Of a DNA stretch of 64,000 nucleotides, positions 18,900-27,609 are shown piece by piece (position 1 is the stretch's first letter; each line of letters opens with the position of its first letter). This DNA is from Escherichia phage IrisVonRoten. A program made the translations under genes and the position numbers. The stretch lies in the sequence record MZ501075; one strand, 5' to 3'. Below the pieces are notes generated by a model. That model was not told the origin of the DNA and did not search any database. It was given only the letters and a program-made list of their open reading frames with translations.

Positions 18900-19401
18900 A
18901 GAACTGGATAACTGGTGCTTTTAATGTAAAAGCTTCCGAGGTTAGTTGCGCACTGCCTAAACCACGCGGTAGTTGGTTCCAGACTAACCAACCAGTCTGC
19001 TGAATAGTTTTATTACGATTTAACTATGTCCAGGCTAAAGAAGAACTTTAGAAGGTATTCTAGGATAGTGAAGTTCTTTCTCCATATCGGAGTAGTTTTT
19101 CAAACTATCCACAAAGTGGGAAATGCTGGCATGAGAGATGCCACTAATGGTGCACAATAGCACAGGTAATTCGCGATAACTCCTGTTGAGTAGCAGCAAA
19201 AAGGTGGGGAGTCATGACCCTAACCTAACCGAGTCCTCAGTATACCGCAGGACATAACCACTAAGTCACCTTGACTTAAACTGGAAAATAATAGACGTTA
19301 CTGTATTTTGTCTTGAAATACTTAATGAGTGAGACTTATGACTCTCCCGGTATCGTCTGTATTTTTAAGAGTTTTTACGAGAGTTCTTAAAAATACTTAA
19401 A

Positions 19402-19473
19402 CGGGGTGTAGTCTAAGGGAGAGGCAGGAGTCTTCTAAATTCCTTTATGCAGGTTCGAATCCTGTCACCTCGG
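19402..19473 (+). tRNA. tRNA-Arg (anticodon TCT)
   Basis: Acceptor cggggtg/cacctcg, T-arm gcagg-ttcgaat-cctgt, anticodon loop cttctaa, encoded CCA. Confidence 0.65.
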
Positions 19474-19510
19474 CCAATTTTATTAACTGTAACTAAAACA
19501 AAGGAAATAT

Positions 19511-20458
19511 ATGTCTAATACTAAAAATATGAAAGAACTGACTTCTGAGCAAAAAGTAATTCGCACTATTAAACGTTGGAGTATTGGTGCTGTAGTTGGT
19601 TTAGCAGGTTTAATCCTAGCTTTTAATTCATATACTATTGTTTCTGATGGTACGGTTAAAACCCAAACATTTCTAGGTAAAGTAGATCCTAACCCAGTAT
19701 TACCTGGTTTCCATCTTGTAAACCCATTTGCATCTTTCGATACTTTTAGTACAAAAGATATTGCTGTAAAATTAGATAAACTTCAGGTTCCTAGCCAGGA
19801 TAAGTTTAAATCCACTGTTGACCTGACTGTTATGTTGCAGTTTGATGGTTCTAAGGCACCGATCAACCGTATTAATGCGGGTACTCAAGATCAGGCTCTA
19901 GATAAGTATGTAACTGAAAAATTACTGTCTACTATTCGTGAGTTTGGTAAGTCTGTACCTAAAGCACAAGATTTGTTTGATGCTAAAATTCAAGCACAAT
20001 TGCAAACTGCAATTCAACAGGAAGTTGAAGAGTATGCACGCCCCTATGGTTACACAGTTAAGCAAGTGTTCCTTCAGGATATTACATTGCCACCGGTAAT
20101 TATGGAACAGGTACAGAATACCAAAGTTCGCGAAGAACAAGTTAATGCTGCGAAAGCTGAATTAGCTCGCGTTGAACAAGAAGCACAGCAGAAGGTTAAA
20201 CAAGCAGAAGCAGATCGTGAAGCTCGTAACAACCAAGCTATTGCAAACGAACGTGATGCAGATGCTAAACTGTATGCAGCTAAGAAAGAAGCTGAAGCTA
20301 ACGCTGCTCTGCAACGTACCATTACTCCTGAGATGATTCGCTGGAAGCAACTAGAAGTTGAAATGATTCGTGCTCAGAAGTATCAAGGTGGTGTACCGCA
20401 GACTGTGGTTGGCACTGGTTATGATGGCCAGATGATTATGGATATGCGTAACAAGTAA
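19511..20458 (+). CDS. SPFH/band-7 (prohibitin/HflC-like) membrane protein
   Basis: N-terminal TM helix then SPFH-like core; C-terminal coiled-coil. Confidence 0.6.
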   Translation: MSNTKNMKELTSEQKVIRTIKRWSIGAVVGLAGLILAFNSYTIVSDGTVKTQTFLGKVDPNPVLPGFHLVNPFASFDTFSTKDIAVKLDKLQVPSQDKFKSTVDLTVMLQFDGSKAPINRINAGTQDQALDKYVTEKLLSTIREFGKSVPKAQDLFDAKIQAQLQTAIQQEVEEYARPYGYTVKQVFLQDITLPPVIMEQVQNTKVREEQVNAAKAELARVEQEAQQKVKQAEADREARNNQAIANERDADAKLYAAKKEAEANAALQRTITPEMIRWKQLEVEMIRAQKYQGGVPQTVVGTGYDGQMIMDMRNK

Positions 20459-20482
20459 TACCCACACGTAATATTCGAAGTA

Positions 20483-20518
20483 AGCCCTGCGTTCCCTGGA
20501 GAGCGCAGGGCTTTTCTG
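20483..20518 (+). terminator. Rho-independent terminator
   Basis: gccctgcg..cgcagggc hairpin then TTTTCTG. Confidence 0.6.
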
Positions 20519-20534
20519 TATTTAAGATAAGAGA

Positions 20535-20572
20535 AAAGCCCCTAAGTCTTTCGACTAGGGGCTTTTTATTAT
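20535..20572. terminator. bidirectional terminator hairpin
   Basis: agcccctag..ctaggggct flanked by T-tracts on both strands. Confidence 0.6.
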
Positions 20573-20579
20573 TGGTTCT

Positions 20580-20774
20580 TTAGAACCATATACTCTTGTT
20601 ACAGCAACCACCCATACGGGAGGCCAATCTTGACTGAAAATCTACTCTAGGGGGCAGGATAAGAGTAGGCTTAAAGGCAAAGGGATTGAACGCCGGTATT
20701 TGTGTAAACATTGCTGGAGAGCAACAACGTGCTACAGGCATTGGGCAGCACGAAACAGATTTTCTGCAACACAT
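20580..20774 (-). CDS. Cys-rich small protein (64 aa, 9 Cys)
   Basis: Strong RBS taaggagg upstream on minus strand. Confidence 0.45.
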   Translation of the reverse strand: MCCRKSVSCCPMPVARCCSPAMFTQIPAFNPFAFKPTLILPPRVDFQSRLASRMGGCCNKSIWF

Positions 20775-20783
20775 AATTCCTCC

Positions 20784-21200
20784 TTAGGAGTTATTACCAC
20801 CATTTTGAGCTTTTGCAACTTGGCTTTGGCAGAAGCTATTAAACTTACCCATAAGTGATACAAGCTGCTTCCCATCCTCTGTCTTTGCGAAGTCTTCGAA
20901 AAGGGCTAGTACTGCTTGTCCTTCCGTAGAAACCTGCGGTTGTTGGGTTTGCTGCTGAACTTGCTGCTGAGGCACCTGTTGCTGCATTTGTTGAGGCATT
21001 TGCGACTGCCCGCTCATTTGCTGCATCATTTGCATAGGACTCACACTTCCAGGGTTTTGCTGGAAGTGTTGCTGCATCTGTTGCGCTTCTGCTAAACGCT
21101 GTTGCAACTGTTGTAGGTAAGGATTATCCAGACCCGGAACGGGCTGCTGGGAGCCCATTGGTTGATTAAATCCGTTGTTTACAAAACCATATTTACTCAT
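20784..21200 (-). CDS. Gln-rich low-complexity protein
   Basis: 138 aa, long Q/M-rich repeats. Confidence 0.5.
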   Translation of the reverse strand: MSKYGFVNNGFNQPMGSQQPVPGLDNPYLQQLQQRLAEAQQMQQHFQQNPGSVSPMQMMQQMSGQSQMPQQMQQQVPQQQVQQQTQQPQVSTEGQAVLALFEDFAKTEDGKQLVSLMGKFNSFCQSQVAKAQNGGNNS

Positions 21201-21221
21201 AATGGGCTCCTCCCCTTAATT

Positions 21222-22202
21222 TTAAGCCGGCAGTTTAGCCTGCAGACCAGCCAGAGTCTGAGTGATAGCACCAAGACTTACAGCGATTTGATTAATTACC
21301 TGACCGTTAGCACCACTACCTGCAGCGATTGCTTCGCGCAGACGGCATTCATTCAGTTCGTCCTGGATACGTGCAGTAGTTACACCAGCGATTGCAGTCT
21401 GAAGCTCACAGCAACATTCAGCAAGCTGACGTTCGATAGCGTTCTGGTTAGCACACATCTGAGCCTGAACAGCGGCAAACTGGTTGTTGGTCTGAATAGA
21501 CTGCTGGAAAGCAATCTGAGCAGAGTCAAACTTATCTTGAGCACGTGCGATCTGGTTAGCAGCGAAAGATTGATCCATCTGACGAGAAAGATCGAATTGA
21601 CCCTGAATAACGTTACGAGTTTCAGCACAGATCTGGTTTGACAGATTAGCACCTGTACCATAGATAGTAGTCAGAACTTGCTGAGTGCTAGCAGCTTGAG
21701 CAGCTCCCACACCGTTTACTGCGCTTAGAACAGCCCCAGTGCCCTGGTTAGCTTCTGTACGAGTAGTATTGATTGCAGCTAGAATACTTGCAGTATCTTG
21801 GTTAGAAAGGATCGCGTCCACAGCAGTCCCTTCAGCGGCAACGCCAGCACCACGGCCAAAACCACCAAAACCACCAAATCCGCCCGTTAATAGAGCACCG
21901 ATTAGGATAGCTCCGAATAGACCCATACCTTCTCCACCGAAAGCACTTGCGTTAGCTGGGAATGCACCCATGCCAGGGAAGCCGTTAGTAAATACGTTTA
22001 CTGGTTCTTGCATTTTATGTTTTCCATATTTATGACAATGTTCATCATAGTCATCTTCTTCATCTTTATCATCGTGTTCACGATGTTCTTCTTCGTAGGC
22101 TTTGACTTTCTCCCACTTTTTCTTATCTGATTCCTCGTGACGGTGCAGTTCTGCTGCTACGCTAGCGACGGTTTCAGGACTCTTAGCTACTTCTTCTGTC
22201 AT
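21222..22202 (-). CDS. Gly-rich membrane-associated protein with acidic/His-rich N-terminus
   Basis: Start set at MTEEV after RBS aggaggtg; GGFGGFGGFGRG segment and TM stretch. Confidence 0.5.
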   Translation of the reverse strand: MTEEVAKSPETVASVAAELHRHEESDKKKWEKVKAYEEEHREHDDKDEEDDYDEHCHKYGKHKMQEPVNVFTNGFPGMGAFPANASAFGGEGMGLFGAILIGALLTGGFGGFGGFGRGAGVAAEGTAVDAILSNQDTASILAAINTTRTEANQGTGAVLSAVNGVGAAQAASTQQVLTTIYGTGANLSNQICAETRNVIQGQFDLSRQMDQSFAANQIARAQDKFDSAQIAFQQSIQTNNQFAAVQAQMCANQNAIERQLAECCCELQTAIAGVTTARIQDELNECRLREAIAAGSGANGQVINQIAVSLGAITQTLAGLQAKLPA

Positions 22203-22409
22203 TTTTTGACACCTCCTAGTATATAGAAAATGTGTGTCTCTTTGATCACTCATCCATAACATATACTTTACACTACCCTGGCAAAAATGTCAAGGGGTCT
22301 TTAAAAATTGCCCCCAGATTTTTAGTGGGGTCACAAATTTCGGTCCTGACCACTTACCTGCTACCCTTAAGCACCCTGTGATTTTCCTCTAAAAAGTTAA
22401 AAAATTCAA

Positions 22410-22438
22410 TTGCTTGAATGCTAAATTCTCTGTATAAT
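22410..22438 (+). promoter_or_regulatory. T5-type early promoter
   Basis: ttgcttgaatgctaaattctctgtataat. Confidence 0.55.
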
Positions 22439-22468
22439 ATATTTATAAATTTGAGAGAGGAATCTAGT

Positions 22469-22987
22469 ATGACTGTTGATGAACTAACAGAACACCTCTT
22501 ATCTAGAGGGTTTGATGCAGATAAATATCATTGCTGGTTAAGCCCGGAAGGATGGCTAACAGTACCATTGTATGACTTCTCTGGGATGTTGAGAGGCTAT
22601 CAGACGTATAATCCTTCTGCTCCAAAAGGTCATGGTAAATCTCCTTTTGAAGCTAAGTATTTTACTTATTCTACTACACAGTGTGTATGGGGGCTGGAAA
22701 CTCTCAATGGGGATGAAAAAGTAGTATTGGTTGCGGAATCTGTATTTAAGGCTGTAGCATTACATAACGCTGGTTATCCAGCCCTGGCAATGTTGGGTTC
22801 TTCTCCAGGAAAAGCGTTGTTAAAGCAATTGAAATTACTACCTTTTAAATTGGTAGCTGTTGGGGATAATGATCCTGCTGGTGAAAAATTTGCTAGACAA
22901 TTAAATGGATTTGTTTCTCCTGTAGATGTGGATGAGATGTCTACCGAAAACTTGAAAAATTTTCTTGCTATGAAGCTAAATTTCTAA
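22469..22987 (+). CDS. Toprim-domain-like protein
   Basis: VVLVAESVFKA...VAVGDNDPAG (E ... DxD Toprim-like); start at ATG after RBS gagagagg. Confidence 0.45.
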   Translation: MTVDELTEHLLSRGFDADKYHCWLSPEGWLTVPLYDFSGMLRGYQTYNPSAPKGHGKSPFEAKYFTYSTTQCVWGLETLNGDEKVVLVAESVFKAVALHNAGYPALAMLGSSPGKALLKQLKLLPFKLVAVGDNDPAGEKFARQLNGFVSPVDVDEMSTENLKNFLAMKLNF

Positions 22988-22993
22988 TATAAT
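22965..22993 (+). promoter_or_regulatory. T5-type promoter embedded in 3' end of preceding CDS, driving tRNAs
   Basis: ttgctatgaagctaaatttctaatataat. Confidence 0.5.
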
Positions 22994-23008
22994 ATATCTT
23001 ATAAATTC

Positions 23009-23094
23009 GGAAGAATAGCATAACGGTATTGCAGCAGATTGCTAATCTGTCGGTTTGAAATATAGCCTTGTGGGTTCGATTCCCACTTCTTCCG
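23009..23094 (+). tRNA. tRNA-Ser (anticodon GCT), long variable arm
   Basis: Acceptor ggaagaa/ttcttcc, T-arm gtggg-ttcgatt-cccac, anticodon loop ttgctaa, encoded CCA. Confidence 0.65.
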
Positions 23095-23103
23095 CCAAAT
23101 TCT

Positions 23104-23178
23104 GGTTCTCAAGCTCATATGGTATGAGCACCCGGCTCATAACCGGAAGGTACGTAGGTTCGAATCCTCGGGGAGCCA
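23104..23178 (+). tRNA. tRNA (anticodon CAT; Met or Ile2)
   Basis: Acceptor ggttctc/gggagcc, D-arm gctc..gagc, anticodon loop ctcataa; T-stem imperfect. Confidence 0.55.
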
Positions 23179-23202
23179 CCATCTTGATTAGAGAGGTTAC
23201 AA

Positions 23203-23391
23203 GTGGAACTATACCTAGTTTGTGTTGTGTTTATTCCAGATAGGGAATACCCGGATGAATATAAAAAAGGATATAGGTTAGCTAGGGCTACCTCTGAAGC
23301 TCAGGCTATGGATAAAGTGGCAGATTATATGATTACGGTAGAAAACGTACACTATATCGACTCCCTTGAAGCCTCAAAAGTAATTGAATAA
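23203..23391 (+). CDS. hypothetical protein (62 aa)
   Basis: ORF track. Confidence 0.3.
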   Translation: MELYLVCVVFIPDREYPDEYKKGYRLARATSEAQAMDKVADYMITVENVHYIDSLEASKVIE

Positions 23392-23400
23392 GGAAACTAT

Positions 23401-23586
23401 ATGTCTAAGTTTCAAGAACTCAAGCAAGAGCTAGAAGAATGTGCCTGCCCTGAATGTCGGGGGATTGGAGAAAGTTCTGATGCAGAAGCAGGGGATACTT
23501 TTTGCAATATCTGGGTTTGCCCTACATGCAAAGGCACAGGCATTAATCCTACCTGTGGTATTTCTCTAGATATTGAACGAGGTTGA
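23401..23586 (+). CDS. zinc-ribbon small protein (CPECRG..CPTCKG)
   Basis: Two CxxC pairs. Confidence 0.4.
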   Translation: MSKFQELKQELEECACPECRGIGESSDAEAGDTFCNIWVCPTCKGTGINPTCGISLDIERG

Positions 23587-23688
23587 TACCCGTGAAACTA
23601 AAAGATTATTATATTGGTTGGTTTGTAGGATTAGTAGTAGGGTTTTCTCTAGGCTATAATATGTATCAACTAATAAACTGATTACATG

Positions 23689-23762
23689 GGGGGTGTAATC
23701 GAATTGGCATAGGTACTGGACTTAAAATTCAGGTTTTGTGGGTTCGAATCCCACCACCCCTA
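23689..23762 (+). tRNA. tRNA, anticodon tentatively TAA (Leu) but class-I length
   Basis: Acceptor gggggtg/cacccct, T-arm gtggg-ttcgaat-cccac, anticodon loop cttaaaa. Confidence 0.5.
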
Positions 23763-23940
23763 CCAACTTAAGGAAATAAGATGTATAGACATCCACCTCC
23801 GCCAACACGTCGTTCTAGGGAAGTCATCCTCATGGAATTGACGAAAAACTTCAAGGCGACCCTTGAGGATAGAGACTTAGGCACAGATGAAGACGTTGAT
23901 TTCATCTGTAAACTATTAAAAATGAAACTGGAGAAACAAC

Positions 23941-24147
23941 ATGGCTAATCCTGAAATTACCATGCAACGATTCATGGCTAAAGGCATGATAGCCGAGGCA
24001 GGCATTGAACAAGAAGTAAAAAGTTATTACGAACAGATTAAGGATATTATAGACTCTGCTAAAAACACCGGAGAAAAAGAACACGGTGCGGCAATTATGG
24101 CTATAACTCTTATTAGTCTAGACTTGGCCGAAGAATCCGGAGTTTAG
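23941..24147 (+). CDS. hypothetical protein (68 aa)
   Basis: ORF track. Confidence 0.4.
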   Translation: MANPEITMQRFMAKGMIAEAGIEQEVKSYYEQIKDIIDSAKNTGEKEHGAAIMAITLISLDLAEESGV

Positions 24148-24177
24148 CTCCTCCAAACAGAATTTTTAAAAATGTAC

Positions 24178-24207
24178 TTGCCTTTTGCTTTAAATCTCTG
24201 ATATAAT
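24178..24207 (+). promoter_or_regulatory. T5-type early promoter
   Basis: ttgccttttgctttaaatctctgatataat. Confidence 0.5.
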
Positions 24208-24237
24208 AGTTATATAAATTGATGAAGGAGTTAACTA

Positions 24238-24513
24238 ATGCAAAATCGTGTTGTAGCAACTGGTATTGAAAGTGCAATCTGTAAATCCTGGGAAGACTGG
24301 GAAGGTGAGATTGAGTGGCTCTATCTCTATAACGTAGAACTCCTGCCGGAAGTTAAAGCTAAATGTGTTGAAGCTGGCATGGCTCCAGATGCAAAAGCTG
24401 ATATTGATATTTCAATGCCTGAACTTAAAGGTCGTGTAGTTACCGTTAGTAATGAGGGCGAAGAAGTTTTTGAACTTCCGTTCTCCTTAACTGTCACTCC
24501 TAAGTTCGACTAA
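24238..24513 (+). CDS. hypothetical protein (91 aa)
   Basis: ORF after RBS aaggag. Confidence 0.45.
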   Translation: MQNRVVATGIESAICKSWEDWEGEIEWLYLYNVELLPEVKAKCVEAGMAPDAKADIDISMPELKGRVVTVSNEGEEVFELPFSLTVTPKFD

Positions 24514-24549
24514 CTAATACAGCACTGAGCAAGTTCTTCAAAATCTGAC

Positions 24550-24578
24550 TTGCTCAGTGCCTTAAAACTTGATATAAT
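24550..24578 (+). promoter_or_regulatory. T5-type promoter driving tRNA cluster
   Basis: ttgctcagtgccttaaaacttgatataat. Confidence 0.5.
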
Positions 24579-24641
24579 AGTTATCTAATTTGGAAACATA
24601 TTTAAAAGTGTTTAAACAAGTATTTGAATGCTTCTAAATAT

Positions 24642-24726
24642 GGGCGTTTATTCCGTAAGTGGTAGCGGAGGGGATTGTAAATCCCCGGTCATTGCGACTC
24701 GAGTGGTTCGACTCCATTAACGCCCA
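24642..24726 (+). tRNA. tRNA-Tyr (anticodon GTA), long variable arm
   Basis: Acceptor gggcgtt/aacgccc, anticodon arm gggga-ttgtaaa-tcccc, encoded CCA. Confidence 0.65.
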
Positions 24727-24737
24727 CCAAATTTAAT

Positions 24738-24809
24738 ACACCTATCGTCTAAAGGCTAGGACATCAGGATTTCAATCTGAGAATCGGAGTTCAATTCTCC
24801 GTGGGTGTA
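24738..24809 (+). tRNA. tRNA-Glu (anticodon TTC)
   Basis: Acceptor acaccta/tgggtgt, T-arm cggag-ttcaatt-ctccg, anticodon loop atttcaa. Confidence 0.65.
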
Positions 24810-24820
24810 CCAATTTCTGC

Positions 24821-24894
24821 ATTCCTAGAGTGTTACTGGACAGCATGTCGGTCTCCAAAACCGTACGGTCTAGGTTCGAGTCCTAGTAGGTTTG
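24821..24894 (+). tRNA. tRNA-Trp-like (anticodon CCA) with mismatched acceptor stem
   Basis: T-arm ctagg-ttcgagt-cctag; anticodon loop ctccaaa; acceptor has two U-U mismatches. Confidence 0.4.
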
Positions 24895-24903
24895 CCAAAA
24901 TTT

Positions 24904-24975
24904 GCACCTTTAGCTGAGATGGATTAGCGCTTGCCTGAAGAGCTTGAGAGGTTCGTTCGATACGAACAGGGTGCA
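24904..24975 (+). tRNA. tRNA (tentatively Phe, GAA)
   Basis: Acceptor gcacctt/agggtgc, T-arm gttcg-ttcgata-cgaac; anticodon stem imperfect. Confidence 0.45.
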
Positions 24976-24980
24976 CCAAA

Positions 24981-25259
24981 TTGAAGGAGATGCTGATGCA
25001 TCCTGAAAACTTCTTTATTTACTGCGCGGATAAGTCGCTGAAACGTAGAATTAACAAAGTCTATCATTATCGTGCTAGTCAACAGCCTTATGTATACGCT
25101 TTTGACGGCGATCACATTCCACTAGAACAATTATCCTGTGATTACATGATATTGAAGAACTTTGACGAGACAAAGATCTCAAGCGTTTATAATCGACAAA
25201 ATCCATTAACGTGGAAATATAAGAAGAAAAAGAAAGGCATCAAATCCTTAAAAATGTAG
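24981..25259 (+). CDS. hypothetical protein (92 aa)
   Basis: ORF track. Confidence 0.35.
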   Translation: MKEMLMHPENFFIYCADKSLKRRINKVYHYRASQQPYVYAFDGDHIPLEQLSCDYMILKNFDETKISSVYNRQNPLTWKYKKKKKGIKSLKM

Positions 25260-25288
25260 TTGCTTAGTTTCCAAAAGTTCTATATAAT
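25260..25288 (+). promoter_or_regulatory. T5-type promoter
   Basis: ttgcttagtttccaaaagttctatataat. Confidence 0.5.
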
Positions 25289-25336
25289 AATTACATAAAT
25301 TGAACTGGAGAAGCAACATGACAGAACAAGATAAAC

Positions 25337-25409
25337 CGACCGTTGGCTGAATGGCTTAGGCGAAGGATTGCAAATCCTTTTTATGTGAGTTCAAATCTCA
25401 TGCGGTCGT
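25337..25409 (+). tRNA. tRNA-Cys (anticodon GCA)
   Basis: Acceptor cgaccgt/gcggtcg, anticodon arm aagga-ttgcaaa-tcctt, T-loop ttcaaat. Confidence 0.65.
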
Positions 25410-25414
25410 CCAAT

Positions 25415-25555
25415 TTGCTGAAAGAATTGTTAAATCAATTCAGGCACGCGTAGGAACACTGTCTCCGTAATTGAAAGATGAGGCACGGTTTGGAGAGGTA
25501 TGCCGCTACACGCTACGGTGCTAACTCCGTCTAGGTGAAAATCCTAGTCAGCAAT
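25415..25555 (+). ncRNA. approx. 140-nt tRNA-like structured RNA (possible tRNA with insertion)
   Basis: 5' ttgctga pairs with 3' tcagcaa; T-arm-like ctagg-tgaaaat-cctag adjacent to 3' end. Confidence 0.3.
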
Positions 25556-25564
25556 ATAAATTTA

Positions 25565-25644
25565 GGGTCGTTAGCCAAGCGGTTTGGCGGCGGATTGTTA
25601 ATCCGTGTCGAAAGACAACGTAGGTTCGAATCCTACACGGCCCG
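25565..25644 (+). tRNA. tRNA-Asn (anticodon GTT) with unusually long variable region
   Basis: Acceptor gggtcgt/acggccc, anticodon loop ttgttaa, T-arm gtagg-ttcgaat-cctac. Confidence 0.5.
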
Positions 25645-25749
25645 CCAAATTCTGTGTAGAGTTAAGTAAACCGGTAGCCAACCAGCTATCATTGCTGACA
25701 TCGAATTCAGCCACAGATACCATTTTCATTAATAACTGAGGAAACAAGC

Positions 25750-25935
25750 ATGTCCAAGAATGTGATTGCGCAGCTAGAAGTTCATCGTGATAGTACTATC
25801 AACAATATTGAAGTTGAGAAGAAATACATCGAAGAACTTAAACATGATATACTAGTAAGTCTCAATCGTCTTAATGTACGAAAAGAGTTTCTTAAAGAAC
25901 TTAATGCAGCTATTGAAAAACTCAAAGCTGAGTAA
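25750..25935 (+). CDS. hypothetical protein (61 aa)
   Basis: ORF after RBS tgaggaaa. Confidence 0.4.
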   Translation: MSKNVIAQLEVHRDSTINNIEVEKKYIEELKHDILVSLNRLNVRKEFLKELNAAIEKLKAE

Positions 25936-25944
25936 ATAAATTAT

Positions 25945-26018
25945 GCGACCGGGGCTGGCTTGGTAATGGTACTCCCCTGTCACGGGAGGGAATGTGGGTT
26001 CAAATCCCATCGGTCGCG
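25945..26018 (+). tRNA. tRNA-Asp (anticodon GTC)
   Basis: Acceptor gcgaccg/cggtcgc, anticodon arm ctccc-ctgtcac-gggag, T-loop ttcaaat. Confidence 0.65.
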
Positions 26019-26039
26019 CCAAATAAGGTAGGTTAGCTA

Positions 26040-26198
26040 TGGAACGTAGGGAGTTTACTCCAGAAGAGATAGAGCAGATAAAAGAATCTGCTATGAAAAA
26101 TGCTAGAATATCTCTGTCACTGGAAGGTATCATTATTAGTGATGTAAACTTTGAAAAAATCAAAGCCATAGCTGATGAACTGGAAAAAGTAATTTAAT
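26040..26198 (+). CDS. hypothetical small protein (52 aa)
   Basis: Manual ORF MERREFTPEE...; below track cutoff. Confidence 0.35.
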
Positions 26199-26271
26199 AC
26201 ATCCATAGCTCAATGGTTAGAGCTACCGCCTCTTAAGCGGAGGGTTCTAGGTTCAAGTCCTAGTGGGTGTA
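26199..26271 (+). tRNA. tRNA-Lys (anticodon CTT)
   Basis: Acceptor acatcca/tgggtgt, T-arm ctagg-ttcaagt-cctag, anticodon loop ctcttaa. Confidence 0.6.
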
Positions 26272-26300
26272 CCAAATTAAACTAGCACGAGAAATATGCT

Positions 26301-26648
26301 ATGATTAATGCTAAAGAAGAGTTGTTACTTGCCCTAAAGAATACTAAGTCTGAAGTTAAGTGTATTAAGATAGAATTCGGTTATTATGGGGACAAAGAAG
26401 TTTGGGTATTACCAGTAGGTTATACAGAAAAAGATATTGAAGATTTTCTAAATAACCTAGACTTTAAATATGATTCTGGTTTTGGTGGACAATTGCTTTA
26501 TGGTAACGTATGGTTTACTGATGGAACTTGGTTAGAACGTGGTGAATATGATGGTTCTGAATGGTGGGAGTATAAGACTACGCCAGCAATCCCAGAAGAA
26601 TGCCGAACAATTAATGGTGAAGTAGATAATACTTTACGGTTAAACTAA
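26301..26648 (+). CDS. hypothetical protein (115 aa)
   Basis: ORF track. Confidence 0.45.
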   Translation: MINAKEELLLALKNTKSEVKCIKIEFGYYGDKEVWVLPVGYTEKDIEDFLNNLDFKYDSGFGGQLLYGNVWFTDGTWLERGEYDGSEWWEYKTTPAIPEECRTINGEVDNTLRLN

Positions 26649-26770
26649 TAAAATTTCAGTGCAGAACACGGAGCTAGCAATTCGGAAGTGCTGACTCATG
26701 ATAAGCTGCCTATGTACTTGCTAAGCGGTCGTGTCCAAGACTCGGACTCTTGCACTGAAAACAATCAAAC

Positions 26771-26891
26771 ATTCTAGCGTGGTTGATGGGGAAACCAGCT
26801 TGGCGAGGGCAGAAGCTCGTTCGATTCGAGTGAAAGAATGGTTCTCGTAAGTCCGCACAAGTGATAACAGGTTCGAGTCCTGTCTAGAATG
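26771..26891 (+). ncRNA. approx. 120-nt tRNA-like element (acceptor and T-arm canonical, large internal insertion)
   Basis: 5' attctag pairs 3' ctagaat; T-arm acagg-ttcgagt-cctgt; internal about 50 nt extra. Confidence 0.3.
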
Positions 26892-27040
26892 ACACTATAA
26901 AGTTTACTTATTATGTAGGTTCCGATAGATCGGCGGGTCTATTCTGGCATTTAAGAGAGGTCTCGCAAACTTCTTTGTCAGCCGTGGGGTTGGTAGCCTC
27001 CAGGTGGCCTACACAATAAGTAAATTTATTAAAAATTCAT

Positions 27041-27069
27041 TTGCTATTTTGCTTAATTCTCTGTATAAT
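27041..27069 (+). promoter_or_regulatory. T5-type early promoter
   Basis: ttgctattttgcttaattctctgtataat. Confidence 0.55.
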
Positions 27070-27101
27070 ATATCTTATAAAGTGAAGAGAAGGAAAGCTA
27101 A

Positions 27102-27260
27102 ATGAAGTATAAAATTGCATCAGTATTCATGTGTACTTGGGTTATTCCTATAGTAATAGTAGGGTTTAACATAGATAACTTTTCTATCATAGAAAAGTTA
27201 TTAGGACTAAGTACAGGCTTTACAATGCTAGGATTAAGCATGTTGTGGCTGAAGAAATAA
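27102..27260 (+). CDS. small membrane protein (52 aa)
   Basis: ATG after RBS aaggaaag; hydrophobic. Confidence 0.4.
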   Translation: MKYKIASVFMCTWVIPIVIVGFNIDNFSIIEKLLGLSTGFTMLGLSMLWLKK

Positions 27261-27264
27261 TTTT

Positions 27265-27338
27265 CTCCGATTAGCTCAATTGGCTAGAGTACACCGTTTG
27301 GGGCGGTGGGGTTGAAGGTTCGAGTCCTTCATTGGAGA
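27265..27338 (+). tRNA. tRNA-Pro (anticodon TGG)
   Basis: Acceptor ctccgat/attggag, anticodon arm caccg-tttgggg-cggtg, T-arm gaagg-ttcgagt-ccttc. Confidence 0.65.
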
Positions 27339-27348
27339 CCAAACAATT

Positions 27349-27420
27349 GCGGGTGGGAGGCATAGAGTTCTTCTTAGTCTCATAAGCTAAGTAAGTCCAG
27401 GGCAGTACTGGAACCCGCTA
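27349..27420 (+). ncRNA. tRNA-sized tRNA-like element with non-canonical T-loop and 9-nt anticodon-like loop
   Basis: Acceptor gcgggt/acccgc; loop ggcagta in T position. Confidence 0.3.
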
Positions 27421-27444
27421 CCATTTTAATAGGGGATTTCGAAA

Positions 27445-27609
27445 TGAAAGTATTTCGATTAGTAGTAAGTGATCGACGTTCTAGCAAAGATCGTTCGAAG
27501 TATACCTTAGCCCATTATGGTAAAGATGAAAATGAAGTAATGGCTGAATTTGGTATTAACCATCCTTACTTAAAAGTCTACTCTATTAAGGAAGTTTATG
27601 CTTATTAAC
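27445..27609 (+). CDS. hypothetical small protein (54 aa)
   Basis: Manual ORF after RBS aggggatttcgaaATG. Confidence 0.3.

Noticed and set aside
18940-18990. Possible tRNA (perfect 7-bp terminal helix ggttagt/actaacc)
   Set aside because: Only 51 nt, too short for a tRNA; recorded as a hairpin only.
20074-20350. Minus-strand Cys/Ala/Ser-rich ORFs inside the SPFH gene
   Set aside because: Antisense low-complexity ORFs within a confidently coding plus-strand gene.
21162-22035. Plus-strand ORFs (159 aa and 98 aa) antisense to the Gly-rich and Gln-rich genes
   Set aside because: Low-complexity (Ser/Thr/Leu and Pro-rich) shadow translations of the minus-strand genes.
23055-23243. ORF overlapping tRNA-Ser and the CAT-anticodon tRNA
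   Set aside because: Entirely covered by two well-folded tRNA genes; frame artefact.
24924-25115. Minus-strand ORF overlapping a tRNA gene
   Set aside because: Antisense to a tRNA and to a plus-strand ORF; no expression signals.
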